Of a DNA stretch of 64,000 bases, positions 1 to 8,994 are shown one piece after another; position 1 is the stretch's first letter; every line of letters begins with the position of its first letter. Position numbers and translations under genes: made by a program. The DNA comes from an uncultured Eubacteriales bacterium (GTDB lineage Bacteria; Acidobacteriota; Aminicenantia; Aminicenantales; Saccharicenantaceae), in assembly GCA_964551995.1 (NCBI GenBank), contig CAZKFD010000011.1:43374-107373 (forward strand), written 5' to 3'. The notes beneath the pieces were generated by a model, which was given only the letters and a program-made list of their open reading frames with translations, did not search any database and was not told where the DNA came from.

Positions 1-341
1 CCGAGAAACAGAAGCTTGCGGCAGGTATGAGGCCGCCCTGTCCGGCACTGGTCGCAGGTCCCGCAGGAGACGGCCGGCTCGATGACGACCGCGCTCCCGG
101 GCTTGACTCGAGTGACGCCCCGGCCGGCGGCTTCGACGACGCCGGCACACTCGTGTCCGGGGATGAACGGGTAGCGCACCCGGTCTGCGCCGACGGAATC
201 CGAGAGGTAGTAATGCAGGTCGCTGCCGCAGATCCCGACCGCCCGGTTGCGGACGAGGACAGCGTCGTCTCCCCCGATCTGCGGCTCCGGGACGTCCCGG
301 ACCTCGACTTTTCCCGGCCCGGTGAGGACGGCGGCTTTCAT
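1..341 (-). CDS. Zn-dependent medium-chain alcohol/polyol dehydrogenase, 5' part only (rest lies beyond the window edge)
   Basis: Minus-strand translation from the ATG at 341..339 gives MKAAVLTGPGKVEVRDVPEPQ...GICGSDLHYY...PGHECAGVVEA...CGTCDQCRTG. This shows the GroES-like N-domain, the catalytic-Zn GHE motif and the structural-Zn Cys cluster typical of sorbitol/xylitol/threonine dehydrogenases. The plus-strand ORF 27..434 in the track is its antisense. Confidence 0.8.
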   Translation of the reverse strand, partial: MKAAVLTGPGKVEVRDVPEPQIGGDDAVLVRNRAVGICGSDLHYYLSDSVGADRVRYPFIPGHECAGVVEAAGRGVTRVKPGSAVVIEPAVSCGTCDQCRTGRPHTCRKLLFL

Positions 342-469
342 GGCTCCATTATTATAGAACATCGGGGTCGGCTTCGAAAGGCCGGCTGTCCCCTGTCGCG
401 TCCGCCCCGGCGGGACGCGCCGGACGGAGACTAGGATTTTTCGGGAGAATATGGTAAGCAGTAAACGCA

Positions 470-1744
470 ATGGTCGAAGATCATGACGAAGCGGCCGCGC
501 CCGGCCCCCCGCCGCCGTCGCTCGTCTCCGCGGTCCCGGGGCTTACGGGCCGGTTAGCGGCCCTTTGGCTGGAAGACGGCGGCCGGCCGGACCTCGGGCG
601 GACTTTCGCCGGTCGCGAGCGAAAGCCGCGAGAAAAAGCCCTGGCCGTCTTCCTCGATGCCGTTCTGGCGGAGACGAAGCGGCCGCCGCTCGCGCCGACC
701 GATCGCGAGGCCGCTCAAAGGCGGATCTTCGAGGCCTTCGAACGGTTCGCGCGGACGGCCCTGGACTGGGAGGACCGGCACATCGATATCCTTCTCTCCG
801 GCGGCTTCGGCCGGGCGGCGAATGAATTTGTCCGCAAAGCGAAGGATTTCGATGCGGCCCTCCGCTCGCAGGACATCTTCCAGGCTTGCCGGAACGTCTG
901 GGTGGCGAACGGCCTCCAGCGCCTTCTCGGCCGGCCGGTCCGGCTGACGCCGGCGATCTTCGCCTACAGCCTTCTTTATCCCTATACGGACAATTATCTC
1001 GATGACCCGGAAACGGGGGAAGAAACGAAACGCTCTTTCAACGGCCGGCTCCGCTCCCGCCTCGAAGGCCGCGAGGTCGGGCCCGGGAACGGCCGGGAAA
1101 GGCGGATTTTCGATCTTGTGGCGATGATCGAGACTGAGCACGACCGGGCCCGTCATCCGCAGGTCTTCGAAAGCCTGCTCGCGATCCACGAGTCCCAGGT
1201 GAAGAGCCTCGGGCTGCTCCGTTCGGACCGGCCGGTCGGGGAGGCCGAAGCCGTGAAAATCGGCCTCGAAAAAGGCGGGACATCGGTCCTGGCGGATGGA
1301 TGCCTGGCCGCCGGCTTGCTGGCTCCCGGCGAGATCGCATTCCTGTTCGGCTTCGGGGCTTTTCTGCAGCTCATGGACGACCTCGAGGATGTCGAAGAAG
1401 ACGGGCGGGCGGGGCTTCAGACGGTCTTTTCCCGCTCTGCCGGGCGAGAGCCGCTCGACGCGGTCACGGACCGCACGTTCCGGCTCGGCGTGGCTGTCCT
1501 AGGAGGCCTTGATGGCTTCGGCGTCCCGGACGCCGAGCCCCTCAGGGAACTCATCCGTTCCAGCCTCGTCCAGGGTCTGGTCATGTCGGCAGGACGGTTT
1601 GGCAGGCTCTACAGCCGGGCCTACCTCAGGGCGCTCGAGGCGCACGCGCCGTTCCGCTTTTCCTTCCACAACAGAGAGCGGCGCAAGCTCACGCGCCGCC
1701 GGGCCGCGATCGGCCGCCTCTTCGAATCCTTCGCTAAGGCCTGA
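470..1744 (+). CDS. hypothetical protein with two Asp-rich motifs spaced like a trans-isoprenyl diphosphate synthase fold
   Basis: 424-aa ORF with ATG start. It contains YTDNYLDD (about residue 175) and GAFLQLMDDLED (about residue 310). The second resembles the GxxFQxxDDxxD second aspartate-rich motif of polyprenyl synthetases, and the two lie about 135 residues apart. No other recognisable family signature. Confidence 0.6.
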   Translation: MVEDHDEAAAPGPPPPSLVSAVPGLTGRLAALWLEDGGRPDLGRTFAGRERKPREKALAVFLDAVLAETKRPPLAPTDREAAQRRIFEAFERFARTALDWEDRHIDILLSGGFGRAANEFVRKAKDFDAALRSQDIFQACRNVWVANGLQRLLGRPVRLTPAIFAYSLLYPYTDNYLDDPETGEETKRSFNGRLRSRLEGREVGPGNGRERRIFDLVAMIETEHDRARHPQVFESLLAIHESQVKSLGLLRSDRPVGEAEAVKIGLEKGGTSVLADGCLAAGLLAPGEIAFLFGFGAFLQLMDDLEDVEEDGRAGLQTVFSRSAGREPLDAVTDRTFRLGVAVLGGLDGFGVPDAEPLRELIRSSLVQGLVMSAGRFGRLYSRAYLRALEAHAPFRFSFHNRERRKLTRRRAAIGRLFESFAKA

Positions 1745-1860
1745 TTCGGCTTGGAAGTACGTTCTTTTGCCGAAGATCAGGTGGGGACTGCTATGCGGGG
1801 CAGGAGGCCGCCCGACAAAAGGAAGCAAAAGAATCATACTCTCCTTAGGGATATTTACCA

Positions 1861-1893
1861 GAAGTGGAGCTCCGAGTAGCTCCGCTCCACTTC
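1861..1893. terminator. GC-rich hairpin (10-bp perfect stem) between convergent genes
   Basis: GAAGTGGAGC at 1861..1870 pairs with GCTCCACTTC at 1884..1893 around a 13-nt loop. No U-tract follows. It lies downstream of both the 470..1744 (+) and 2034..3512 (-) genes. Confidence 0.25.
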
Positions 1894-2033
1894 TGCCGGT
1901 CGCTCCTTAGAATCCGCTCCCTGCCGGAAGGGGACCCGGCGGGATTTTCGACGGGGGAGCCGGGACAGGTTTCTGGGGCCGGGCGATAAGGGTGGCCTTT
2001 ATTCCCGTTCTAACCGATACTCGAGAGCTTAGC

Positions 2034-3512
2034 CTAGAACGGATTTTCAGTCGGGTAGAGCATCCCGACGGGCTGGTTGAATGAGAGGTCGCCGATCCCG
2101 AGCATGCGCATGGCTGCCCAGAAGGCCGCCCCGGCGTGACGGAAGGCGACGGCCGTATGGTGCGGGAATCGCTTCCCGATAAGCACGTGCCGGTAGAACC
2201 GCCCCATCTCCCGGATGCCGATGACGCCGATGCCGCCGAACGATTTCGGGTCGATGTCGAGGACTTCCCCCTCGGCGATGTACGACCTCAGGACCGTGTC
2301 GGCCGTCGATTGGAGCCGGAAGATCGTGACCTCGCCGGTCCGGATCCGGCCTTCGAGCGTGCCGCGGGTAATATCCGGCGCCTTGCCCGGTTCGATGAGC
2401 CGGTGCATGATGAACTGGTAGCTCATCTGCGGATTCAGCATGCACGGGGCGGGAGTGTTGCCGCAGTGGAAGCCCATGAAAAGGTCCGTCGGCTTGTAGG
2501 CGCCAACGGCCTTCTTCGCGGTCCGGATCATGTCCGCCGGGACAGTGTTGTTGATGTCCAGAAGGGTCGCCGGGAGCTCCGTCGCGCACGTGCATATGTA
2601 TTCGCTCAGGGCGCCGTAGATGTCGACTTCGCAGGCCACGGGGATGCCCCGCGAGGCCAGCCGCGAGTTGACATAGCACGGCACGAAGCCGAAGAAGGAT
2701 TCGAAGGCCGGCCAGCACTTGTCGGCGAAGACGCCGTATTCGGAGTCGCCCAGATTCTTCTCCATGAACTCGAGGAGCGCCACCTCGAACTGGGCCAGCT
2801 TGGGCAGGAGGTCCGGAAACGGGTTCCCGCCGCCGAGCTCACGGGCCATGTCCCGGGCGACGGACTTGATGGAGGGGCGGCCCTTCGCCTTGAGGAAGAT
2901 GTCGTAAAGGTCGAGCTCGCTGTTTTCCATGATCTCGACGCCGAGGTCATAGAGCGGCTTGATGGGCGCGTTGCAGGCCAGGAAATCCTGTGGCCGGGGC
3001 CCGAAGGAAAAGATCTTGAGCCGGGCCAGGCCGAGGAGAACGCGGGCGACGGGCACGAAGTCCCGGATCATCCCGGCGACTTCTTCGGCGGCCCCGACCG
3101 GGGACTCGGGGATGTGGGTCCGGAGCCTGCGGAGTCCGGCGTTGTAGGATGTGTTGAGCAGGCCGCAGTAGGCGTCGCCACGGCCGCCGACGAGGTCCTT
3201 TCCGCTCTCTTCGGCCGCGGCGGCGAACATCACCGGCCCGCCGAACTTCTGGGCCAGCAGGGTCGTCGGACCCTCGGGCCCGAAGTTGCCGAGGTAAACG
3301 ACGAGGGCGTTGACGCCCCGCGTCCGGATCTCCTCGAGGCCCGCCCGGGCGTCGATCTCGTTCTCCACGGTCGTCTTGATCTCCGTGACCGGGAGCCCGG
3401 CCCTGCGGCACTCGGCCACGACGCGGGCGCGCCGTTTGCGCGACAGATCGACCGGGAAGCAGTCGCGGCTGACGGCCACAATGCCGAGTCTGACATTCGG
3501 GATGTTCTTCAT
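2034..3512 (-). CDS. L-fucose/L-arabinose isomerase family protein (COG2407-like); likely the L-arabinose isomerase of this operon
   Basis: Start ATG at 3512..3510 is preceded by an AAGGAGAG RBS and overlaps the araD stop as ATGA. The protein reads MKNIPNVRLGIVAVSRDCFPVDL... (493 aa) and resembles FucI-like sugar isomerases. The 123-aa N-terminal extension in the track ORF is not coding. Confidence 0.8.
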   Translation of the reverse strand: MKNIPNVRLGIVAVSRDCFPVDLSRKRRARVVAECRRAGLPVTEIKTTVENEIDARAGLEEIRTRGVNALVVYLGNFGPEGPTTLLAQKFGGPVMFAAAAEESGKDLVGGRGDAYCGLLNTSYNAGLRRLRTHIPESPVGAAEEVAGMIRDFVPVARVLLGLARLKIFSFGPRPQDFLACNAPIKPLYDLGVEIMENSELDLYDIFLKAKGRPSIKSVARDMARELGGGNPFPDLLPKLAQFEVALLEFMEKNLGDSEYGVFADKCWPAFESFFGFVPCYVNSRLASRGIPVACEVDIYGALSEYICTCATELPATLLDINNTVPADMIRTAKKAVGAYKPTDLFMGFHCGNTPAPCMLNPQMSYQFIMHRLIEPGKAPDITRGTLEGRIRTGEVTIFRLQSTADTVLRSYIAEGEVLDIDPKSFGGIGVIGIREMGRFYRHVLIGKRFPHHTAVAFRHAGAAFWAAMRMLGIGDLSFNQPVGMLYPTENPF

Positions 3513-4213
3513 TGGGACTCTCCTTTTTTCTGACCGTAATAGGCGTGGGGGCCGTGTTTCCTCTGATAATGCTTTTCCAGCAGGTAATCCTCGAGGGGGG
3601 GCTGATCGCCGCGGATTGCGAGCGTGCCGAAGGCCATCTTGGCCACCCGCTCCAGGATAATGTTGACGCGGACGGCCTCGCCGGGCGTCCGGCCCCAGGT
3701 GAACGGCCCGTGGCCGGCGACGAGGACGGCCGGGATGACGAGCGGGCTGAGGCCCCGGAAGCGGTCCACGATGACCCGGCCCGTATTGAGCTCGTAGTTC
3801 CCGCCGACCTCGGACTCCGTCAGCTGACGCGTCATCGGGACCGGCCCGTGGAACAGGTCGGCGTGGGTCGTGCCCAGGCACGGAATTTCCTTGCGGGCCT
3901 GGGCGAACATCGTCGCGTACTCGCTGTGCGTGTGGGAGACGCCTCCGATCTCGGGGAAGGCCTTGTAGAGCTCGATGTGGGTCGGCGTATCCGAGGAGGG
4001 ATTGAGCCCTCCCTCGACGACCCGGCCTTCGAGGTCGACGAGGACCATGTCTTCGACCTTCATCTCGTCATAGGGCATGCCGCTCGGTTTGATGGCCAGG
4101 ATGCCCCGTTTGCGGTCCAGGCCGCTGACGTTCCCGAAGGTCAGGATGACGAGCCCGGCCCGGGTGAGCTCGAGGTTGGCCGTCCAGACGAATTCCTTGA
4201 GTTCGGCGAGCAT
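3509..4213 (-). CDS. araD: L-ribulose-5-phosphate 4-epimerase (class II aldolase/adducin family)
   Basis: 234 aa starting MLAELKEFVWTANLELTRAGLVILTFGNVSG... and containing the GVSHTHSEYA metal-binding His motif. ATG is at 4213..4211. The upstream part of track ORF 3509..5455 is antisense to araB. Confidence 0.9.
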   Translation of the reverse strand: MLAELKEFVWTANLELTRAGLVILTFGNVSGLDRKRGILAIKPSGMPYDEMKVEDMVLVDLEGRVVEGGLNPSSDTPTHIELYKAFPEIGGVSHTHSEYATMFAQARKEIPCLGTTHADLFHGPVPMTRQLTESEVGGNYELNTGRVIVDRFRGLSPLVIPAVLVAGHGPFTWGRTPGEAVRVNIILERVAKMAFGTLAIRGDQPPLEDYLLEKHYQRKHGPHAYYGQKKGESQ

Positions 4214-4215
4214 GC

Positions 4216-5913
4216 TCAACTCCTCAGCTGGCGGTCCCGGATCGCCAGGAGCTCCTTCATGACCGGGAAGAGATGGCCCGCCCACTCCCGCGTCCCGAAG
4301 GCGTCGTGGAGCTCGCGGTAGAGCCGGTAGAGCCGGACGTATATTTCGTGGCGCTCCGGAGACGGCCTGTACGTCTTCTTCTTGAATCCGGACATGGCGG
4401 CCTGGGCCTCGGCGAAGGTGTCGTGGCCGCCGCCGGCTCTTCGGGCCGCCACGGCCCCGGCCATGGCCGCGCCGAGGGCGCAGGTCTGCGCCGAGCGGGC
4501 GATCTTCATCTCGAGGCCGATGACGTCGGCGTAGATCTGCATGACGAGCGGGTTCTTCTCGGCGATCCCGCCGCAGTTGACGACCTCGCGGATCTCGACG
4601 CCGAACTCGCGGAACCTCTGGATGATGGTCAGGGCGCCGAAGGCCGTGGCCTCGATGAGGGCCCTGTAGATCTCCTCGGGCCTGGTGTGGAGCGTCAGGC
4701 CGAGGATGAGGCCGGTCAGGCGCTGATCGACCAGGACCGTCCGGTTCCCGTTGTGCCAGTCGAGGGCGAGGAGGCCCGACGCGCCGGGCCTGAGGGCCGC
4801 GGCCTTCCGGGTCAGGGCCTCGTGGGAGCCCTTTTTCGGTCCGCCCGGTTCGATCTCGTTGACGAACCAGTTGAAGATGTCTCCGACGGCCGATTGGCCG
4901 GCCTCGAGTCCCAGGTATCCCGGCAGGACGGACCCGTCGACGATGCCGCAGAGGCCGGGAATGTCCGGCAGCTTCTCGCCGGCGGGCCAAACGCAGATGT
5001 CGCAGGTGCTCGTGCCGACGATCTTGACGAAGCGGCCCGTATCCACCCCCGAGCCGACCCCGCCCAGGTGTGCGTCGAAGGCCCCGACCGCGACGGGGAT
5101 GCCGGGCCTCAGTCCGAGGGCCTTGGCCCACTCCCGCGTCAGGGCGCCGGCCGGGGTGTCCGACGTATAGGTCTTCTTGTACAGGCGGTCGCGGAGCTCG
5201 CCGAGCCTCGGGTCGAGCCGGACCAGGAACTCCCGCGCGGGCAGGCCTCCCCAGGCGTCGTTGAACATCGCCTTGTGGCCGGCCGCGCAGCGGCTCCGCT
5301 TCATGAGCAAAGGGTCGGTCGTCCCCGTCAGGACCGCGGGGAGATAATCGGCGCATTCGACCCAGGAAAACGCGGCCGCCGAAACCTTCGGGTCGACGTG
5401 CAGGGCGTGGCGGATCTTGCTCCAGAACCATTCCGAGGAATACGTCCCGCCGCACTTGGCCAGATATTCGGGATGCTCCTTCGCCGCCAGGGCCGTAATC
5501 TCGGCGGCTTCGGCGTGGCCCGTGTGGTCTTTCCAGAGCCAGGCCTGGGCGTTCGGGTTTTTCCGGAACTCCCGATAGAGGGCCAGCGGCTTTCCGACGC
5601 GGTCCACGGGGAGCGGCGTCGAGCCCGTGGTGTCGATGCCGATCCCGATGACGTCCGCGGGATCGAACGTCCGGCTCTTCTTCCGGACCAACAGGACCGC
5701 CTCCCTCACCGTCGACCGGATTCCCGCCAACCAGTCGGCGGGATTCTGGCGGGCCAGATTAGGGTCCTTGGGATCGAGGATGATGCCGGCATGCCCCGTC
5801 AGATAGTCGAAGATGGCGGTTCCGACCTCGTTCCCGTTCCGGATGTCGACGATGAGGGCCCGGACCGAATTGGTCCCGAAATCGAGGCCGATGGCGTACT
5901 TGGATTTTCCCAT
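4216..5913 (-). CDS. araB: ribulokinase (FGGY carbohydrate kinase)
   Basis: MGKSKYAIGLDFGTNSVRALIVD... carries FGGY N- and C-domain signatures. ATG at 5913..5911 has GGAAAGGAG upstream. The track's MPDM start at 5922 is a TTG. Confidence 0.9.
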   Translation of the reverse strand: MGKSKYAIGLDFGTNSVRALIVDIRNGNEVGTAIFDYLTGHAGIILDPKDPNLARQNPADWLAGIRSTVREAVLLVRKKSRTFDPADVIGIGIDTTGSTPLPVDRVGKPLALYREFRKNPNAQAWLWKDHTGHAEAAEITALAAKEHPEYLAKCGGTYSSEWFWSKIRHALHVDPKVSAAAFSWVECADYLPAVLTGTTDPLLMKRSRCAAGHKAMFNDAWGGLPAREFLVRLDPRLGELRDRLYKKTYTSDTPAGALTREWAKALGLRPGIPVAVGAFDAHLGGVGSGVDTGRFVKIVGTSTCDICVWPAGEKLPDIPGLCGIVDGSVLPGYLGLEAGQSAVGDIFNWFVNEIEPGGPKKGSHEALTRKAAALRPGASGLLALDWHNGNRTVLVDQRLTGLILGLTLHTRPEEIYRALIEATAFGALTIIQRFREFGVEIREVVNCGGIAEKNPLVMQIYADVIGLEMKIARSAQTCALGAAMAGAVAARRAGGGHDTFAEAQAAMSGFKKKTYRPSPERHEIYVRLYRLYRELHDAFGTREWAGHLFPVMKELLAIRDRQLRS

Positions 5914-6124
5914 ATCAGGCAACTTCCGCTCCTTTCCGGCGGCCGCGCCGCTCGGACCGCTTTCTTATTATATCCAGCCGGGTGGGGAGGGCAATACGGC
6001 CGGAAAATAATCCCCGGCACTTCGGCGGCACGATCGAGAGCACATCTCCATCAGTGCCCGTCATTTGCGTTTCAGATGATCAAGAAGTGACTTGAGTGAA
6101 AGGCGCGCCTGGACGTCCATTGTG

Positions 6125-6232
6125 GAAAAAAATTGCTTATTTTCGCGCTTCACTATGATATATAATATATCAGCCCTGCAATGCCATGATATTTTTCACT
6201 CTTTTAGGAGAAATCCCTGTTTCATTGGAGGT
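6125..6232 (+). promoter_or_regulatory. AT-rich divergent promoter/operator region between araB and the BNR-protein gene
   Basis: A locally AT-rich island sits in a GC-rich genome and carries TATAAT-like boxes (gatatataatatat). Half-sites repeat as TTCACT-ATGATAT ... ATGATAT-TTTTCACT. A GGAGG RBS lies at 6227..6231. Confidence 0.35.
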
Positions 6233-6235
6233 CCG

Positions 6236-8980
6236 ATGAAATTCCGTCTGTTCGCCAAAACGGTCCTTTGCCTTGCGATCGCCGGCGTCGTCGCCGGCTC
6301 CGCAGCTTTCGGCCAGGGGCCCTCGACCGAGGCGCTTCTGGAAAACCTGACGTTCAGGAACATCGGCCCCTTCCGCGCCGGTTCCTGGGTGACGAGTTTC
6401 GCCGTGCCCGAAGCGCCGGAGAGGGCACACCTCTACACGCTCTATGTGGGCACGCGCAACGGCGGCGTATGGAAGACGACGAACAACGGCGTCACGTTCG
6501 AGCCCGTCTTCGACGGCCAGCCAAAGCTCTCGATCGGGGCCGTCGCCGTGGCGCCGTCGGACGGGAACATCGTCTGGGTGGGGACCGGCGAGGCCTACTG
6601 CGCCCGGAGCTCCAACAGCGGTGACGGCGTTTACAAGTCCGTCGACGGGGGAAAGACCTGGACGAATATGGGGCTGCGCGATTCCCAGCACATCGCCCGG
6701 ATCGTCATCCATCCTAAAGACCCGGACATCGTCTATGTGGCCGCCATGGGGCACCTGTTCTCGACGAACGCCGAACGGGGCGTGTTCAAAACGGCCGACG
6801 GCGGCCGGACCTGGCGGAAGGTCCTGTACGTCGATGACAGGATCGGGGCGATCGACCTCGCCCTCGTCCGGTCCGAGCCGGAGACGCTCTACGCGGCCAT
6901 GTACGACAAGGTCCGGCTGCCCTGGACCTACGAGATCGGCGGCCCCGAAAGCGCCATCTACAAGACGACCGACGGCGGCCGGATCTGGGCCCGGCTCGGC
7001 GGAGGTCTGCCGAAGGGCCGCATCGGACGGATCGGCTTGGACGTCTATCAGAAGAACCCGAAGGTTCTCTGCGCCGTCGTCGAAAACGGCAATCCGAGGC
7101 CGGCGACCGCCCAGGAGGCCGAGCAGGACAGACGCCGCGGCGGAACGCCGTCGGCCCGGACGGTCGGTAACGAGGTCTACCGGAGCGACGACGCGGGCAA
7201 GACCTGGCGCAAGATCAACCCCGGACATGAAGGGGACCTGAACAAGGCGCCCTATTCCTTCAACCAGCTCCGCCTCGACCCGGCCGACCCGGACGCGGTC
7301 TACATCACCGGTCAGTCGCTCTACAGCACCAACGACGCCGGCAGGACCTGGAAGGGCGTCACTTGGCCCCCGGACGGTGTTTTCCAGAACGCCTTCGGAG
7401 ACTTCCGGGCCATGTGGATTGACCCCCAGGACCACGACCGGATGATCTTCGGTTCCGACGGCGGGGTCTACGTTTCCTATGACCGGGGCAAGACCTGCAT
7501 CCACCTTTACAACATCCCGCTGGGTGAATTCTACGCCGTGGGCGTCGACATGGAGGATCCCTACAACATCTACGGCGGCCTGCAGGACCACGAATCGTGG
7601 AAGGGGCCGTCGAACGGCTGGGCGAGGCAGATCTCGCTCGCCGACTGGGTCACGGTCGGCGAGGGCGACGGGATGTACAACGTCGTCGACCCGACCGACA
7701 GCCGCTGGGTCTACAACAACCGCGAGATGGGGACCATGTGGCGGTTCGACCAGAAACTCGGCGTGCAGACCGAGATCACGCCGAAGCGCGGGGCCGGCGA
7801 GAAGCCTTGGCGGTTCAACTGGACGCCGCCGATCGCCCTTTCGCCGCACAACCCGGCCATCGTCTACACAGGGGCCCAGGTCCTTTTCCGCTCCCTCGAC
7901 CGCGGAGACCACTGGCAGGGAATCAGCCCGGACCTGACTACTGATGACATTTCCAGGGAGCACGGCGAGGGGAACGTCACGTACTGCACGCTGACCACGA
8001 TCGCCGAGTCGCCCGTCCAGCCCGGGCTTATCTGGACCGGGTCGGACGACGGCAAGGTCCAGGTCACGAACAACGGCGGCGCCACCTGGCTGGACCGGAC
8101 GGCGGCGCTGGGCGCTGCGGGCGCGCCCGTGAACTTCTGGGTCAGCAGGGTTTTCCCCTCGCCCCACGCGGCTGGGACATGTTTCGTCGCCAAGACGGGC
8201 TGGCGGTTCGACGAATTTGAGCCCCTTCTCTATAAGACGACGGACTACGGTGAAACCTGGACGTCGATCGCCGGCGACCTGCCGGCGGGCAAGGCCGTCA
8301 ACGCCGTCGTCCAGGACCGCAAGAACCCCGGCCTGCTGTTCGTCGGCACCGAGCAAGGAGTGTACGCGACACTCGACGGCGGGACAAGCTGGCTGCCCTT
8401 CAAAAACAACATGCCCTGGGTCAAGGTCACGGATCTCCTCATCCACCCGCGGCAGAACGACCTCGTCGTCGCTTCCTACGGCCGCGGCCTGTGGATCACG
8501 GATATCTCGCCGCTCCAGGAGATGACCGCCGAGATGCGGGCCGAGGACGTCCATCTTTTCGATATCAGGCCGCAGACCGAGCGGGTTTACGGCGGCATCG
8601 GCAACTATCAACTCTTCGGCGACAGCCATCTCCTGAGGCCTGATGAGCCCGACGCGGTCGCCGTGCGCTATTATCTGAAAGCAAAGACCTCGAGCCCGGT
8701 GAAGGTCACGGTCGCCGACCCCTACGGCCTGGTCCTGGGCGAGCTCGAGGGCAAGGGCGATGCGGGACTCAACACGGTACTCTGGTTCATGCGTGTCCAG
8801 AGGCCTGGACAGCCGGAGGGCGAATTCGAGGGCTCTTACGGCGGCCGGCTCGTGGATCCGGGTGAATACGTAGTGACGCTCGACGTGGCCGGCAGGAAGC
8901 TCTCGAAAAAAGCCCTCATCCGCGGGCGCCAGGGCTGGACCGTCGGGCCGGTTCCGATCGAGATCAGGTCCTCGCGGTGA
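6236..8980 (+). CDS. secreted BNR/Asp-box repeat protein (sortilin/GH74-like beta-propeller)
   Basis: N-terminus MKFRLFAKTVLCLAIAGVVAGSAAFGQ is a signal peptide. About ten S/TxDxGxTW Asp-box motifs are present (SVDGGKTW, TADGGRTW, TTDGGRIW, SDDAGKTW, TNDAGRTW and others). GGAGGT RBS is 4 nt upstream of the ATG. Confidence 0.85.
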   Translation: MKFRLFAKTVLCLAIAGVVAGSAAFGQGPSTEALLENLTFRNIGPFRAGSWVTSFAVPEAPERAHLYTLYVGTRNGGVWKTTNNGVTFEPVFDGQPKLSIGAVAVAPSDGNIVWVGTGEAYCARSSNSGDGVYKSVDGGKTWTNMGLRDSQHIARIVIHPKDPDIVYVAAMGHLFSTNAERGVFKTADGGRTWRKVLYVDDRIGAIDLALVRSEPETLYAAMYDKVRLPWTYEIGGPESAIYKTTDGGRIWARLGGGLPKGRIGRIGLDVYQKNPKVLCAVVENGNPRPATAQEAEQDRRRGGTPSARTVGNEVYRSDDAGKTWRKINPGHEGDLNKAPYSFNQLRLDPADPDAVYITGQSLYSTNDAGRTWKGVTWPPDGVFQNAFGDFRAMWIDPQDHDRMIFGSDGGVYVSYDRGKTCIHLYNIPLGEFYAVGVDMEDPYNIYGGLQDHESWKGPSNGWARQISLADWVTVGEGDGMYNVVDPTDSRWVYNNREMGTMWRFDQKLGVQTEITPKRGAGEKPWRFNWTPPIALSPHNPAIVYTGAQVLFRSLDRGDHWQGISPDLTTDDISREHGEGNVTYCTLTTIAESPVQPGLIWTGSDDGKVQVTNNGGATWLDRTAALGAAGAPVNFWVSRVFPSPHAAGTCFVAKTGWRFDEFEPLLYKTTDYGETWTSIAGDLPAGKAVNAVVQDRKNPGLLFVGTEQGVYATLDGGTSWLPFKNNMPWVKVTDLLIHPRQNDLVVASYGRGLWITDISPLQEMTAEMRAEDVHLFDIRPQTERVYGGIGNYQLFGDSHLLRPDEPDAVAVRYYLKAKTSSPVKVTVADPYGLVLGELEGKGDAGLNTVLWFMRVQRPGQPEGEFEGSYGGRLVDPGEYVVTLDVAGRKLSKKALIRGRQGWTVGPVPIEIRSSR

Positions 8981-8994
8981 GAGGAAGGGCGCCG

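Noticed and set aside
3509-5455. Track ORF of 648 aa suggesting a single large protein.
   Set aside because: Only the last 234 aa (the ATG at 4213) form the AraD class II aldolase. The upstream portion overlaps araB on the opposite frame logic and lacks homology.
5914-5922. Track start MPDM for ribulokinase at 5922.
   Set aside because: The codon at 5922..5920 is TTG. The ATG at 5913 has a better-spaced GGAAAGGAG RBS and matches FGGY N-termini (MGKSKYAIGLDFGT).
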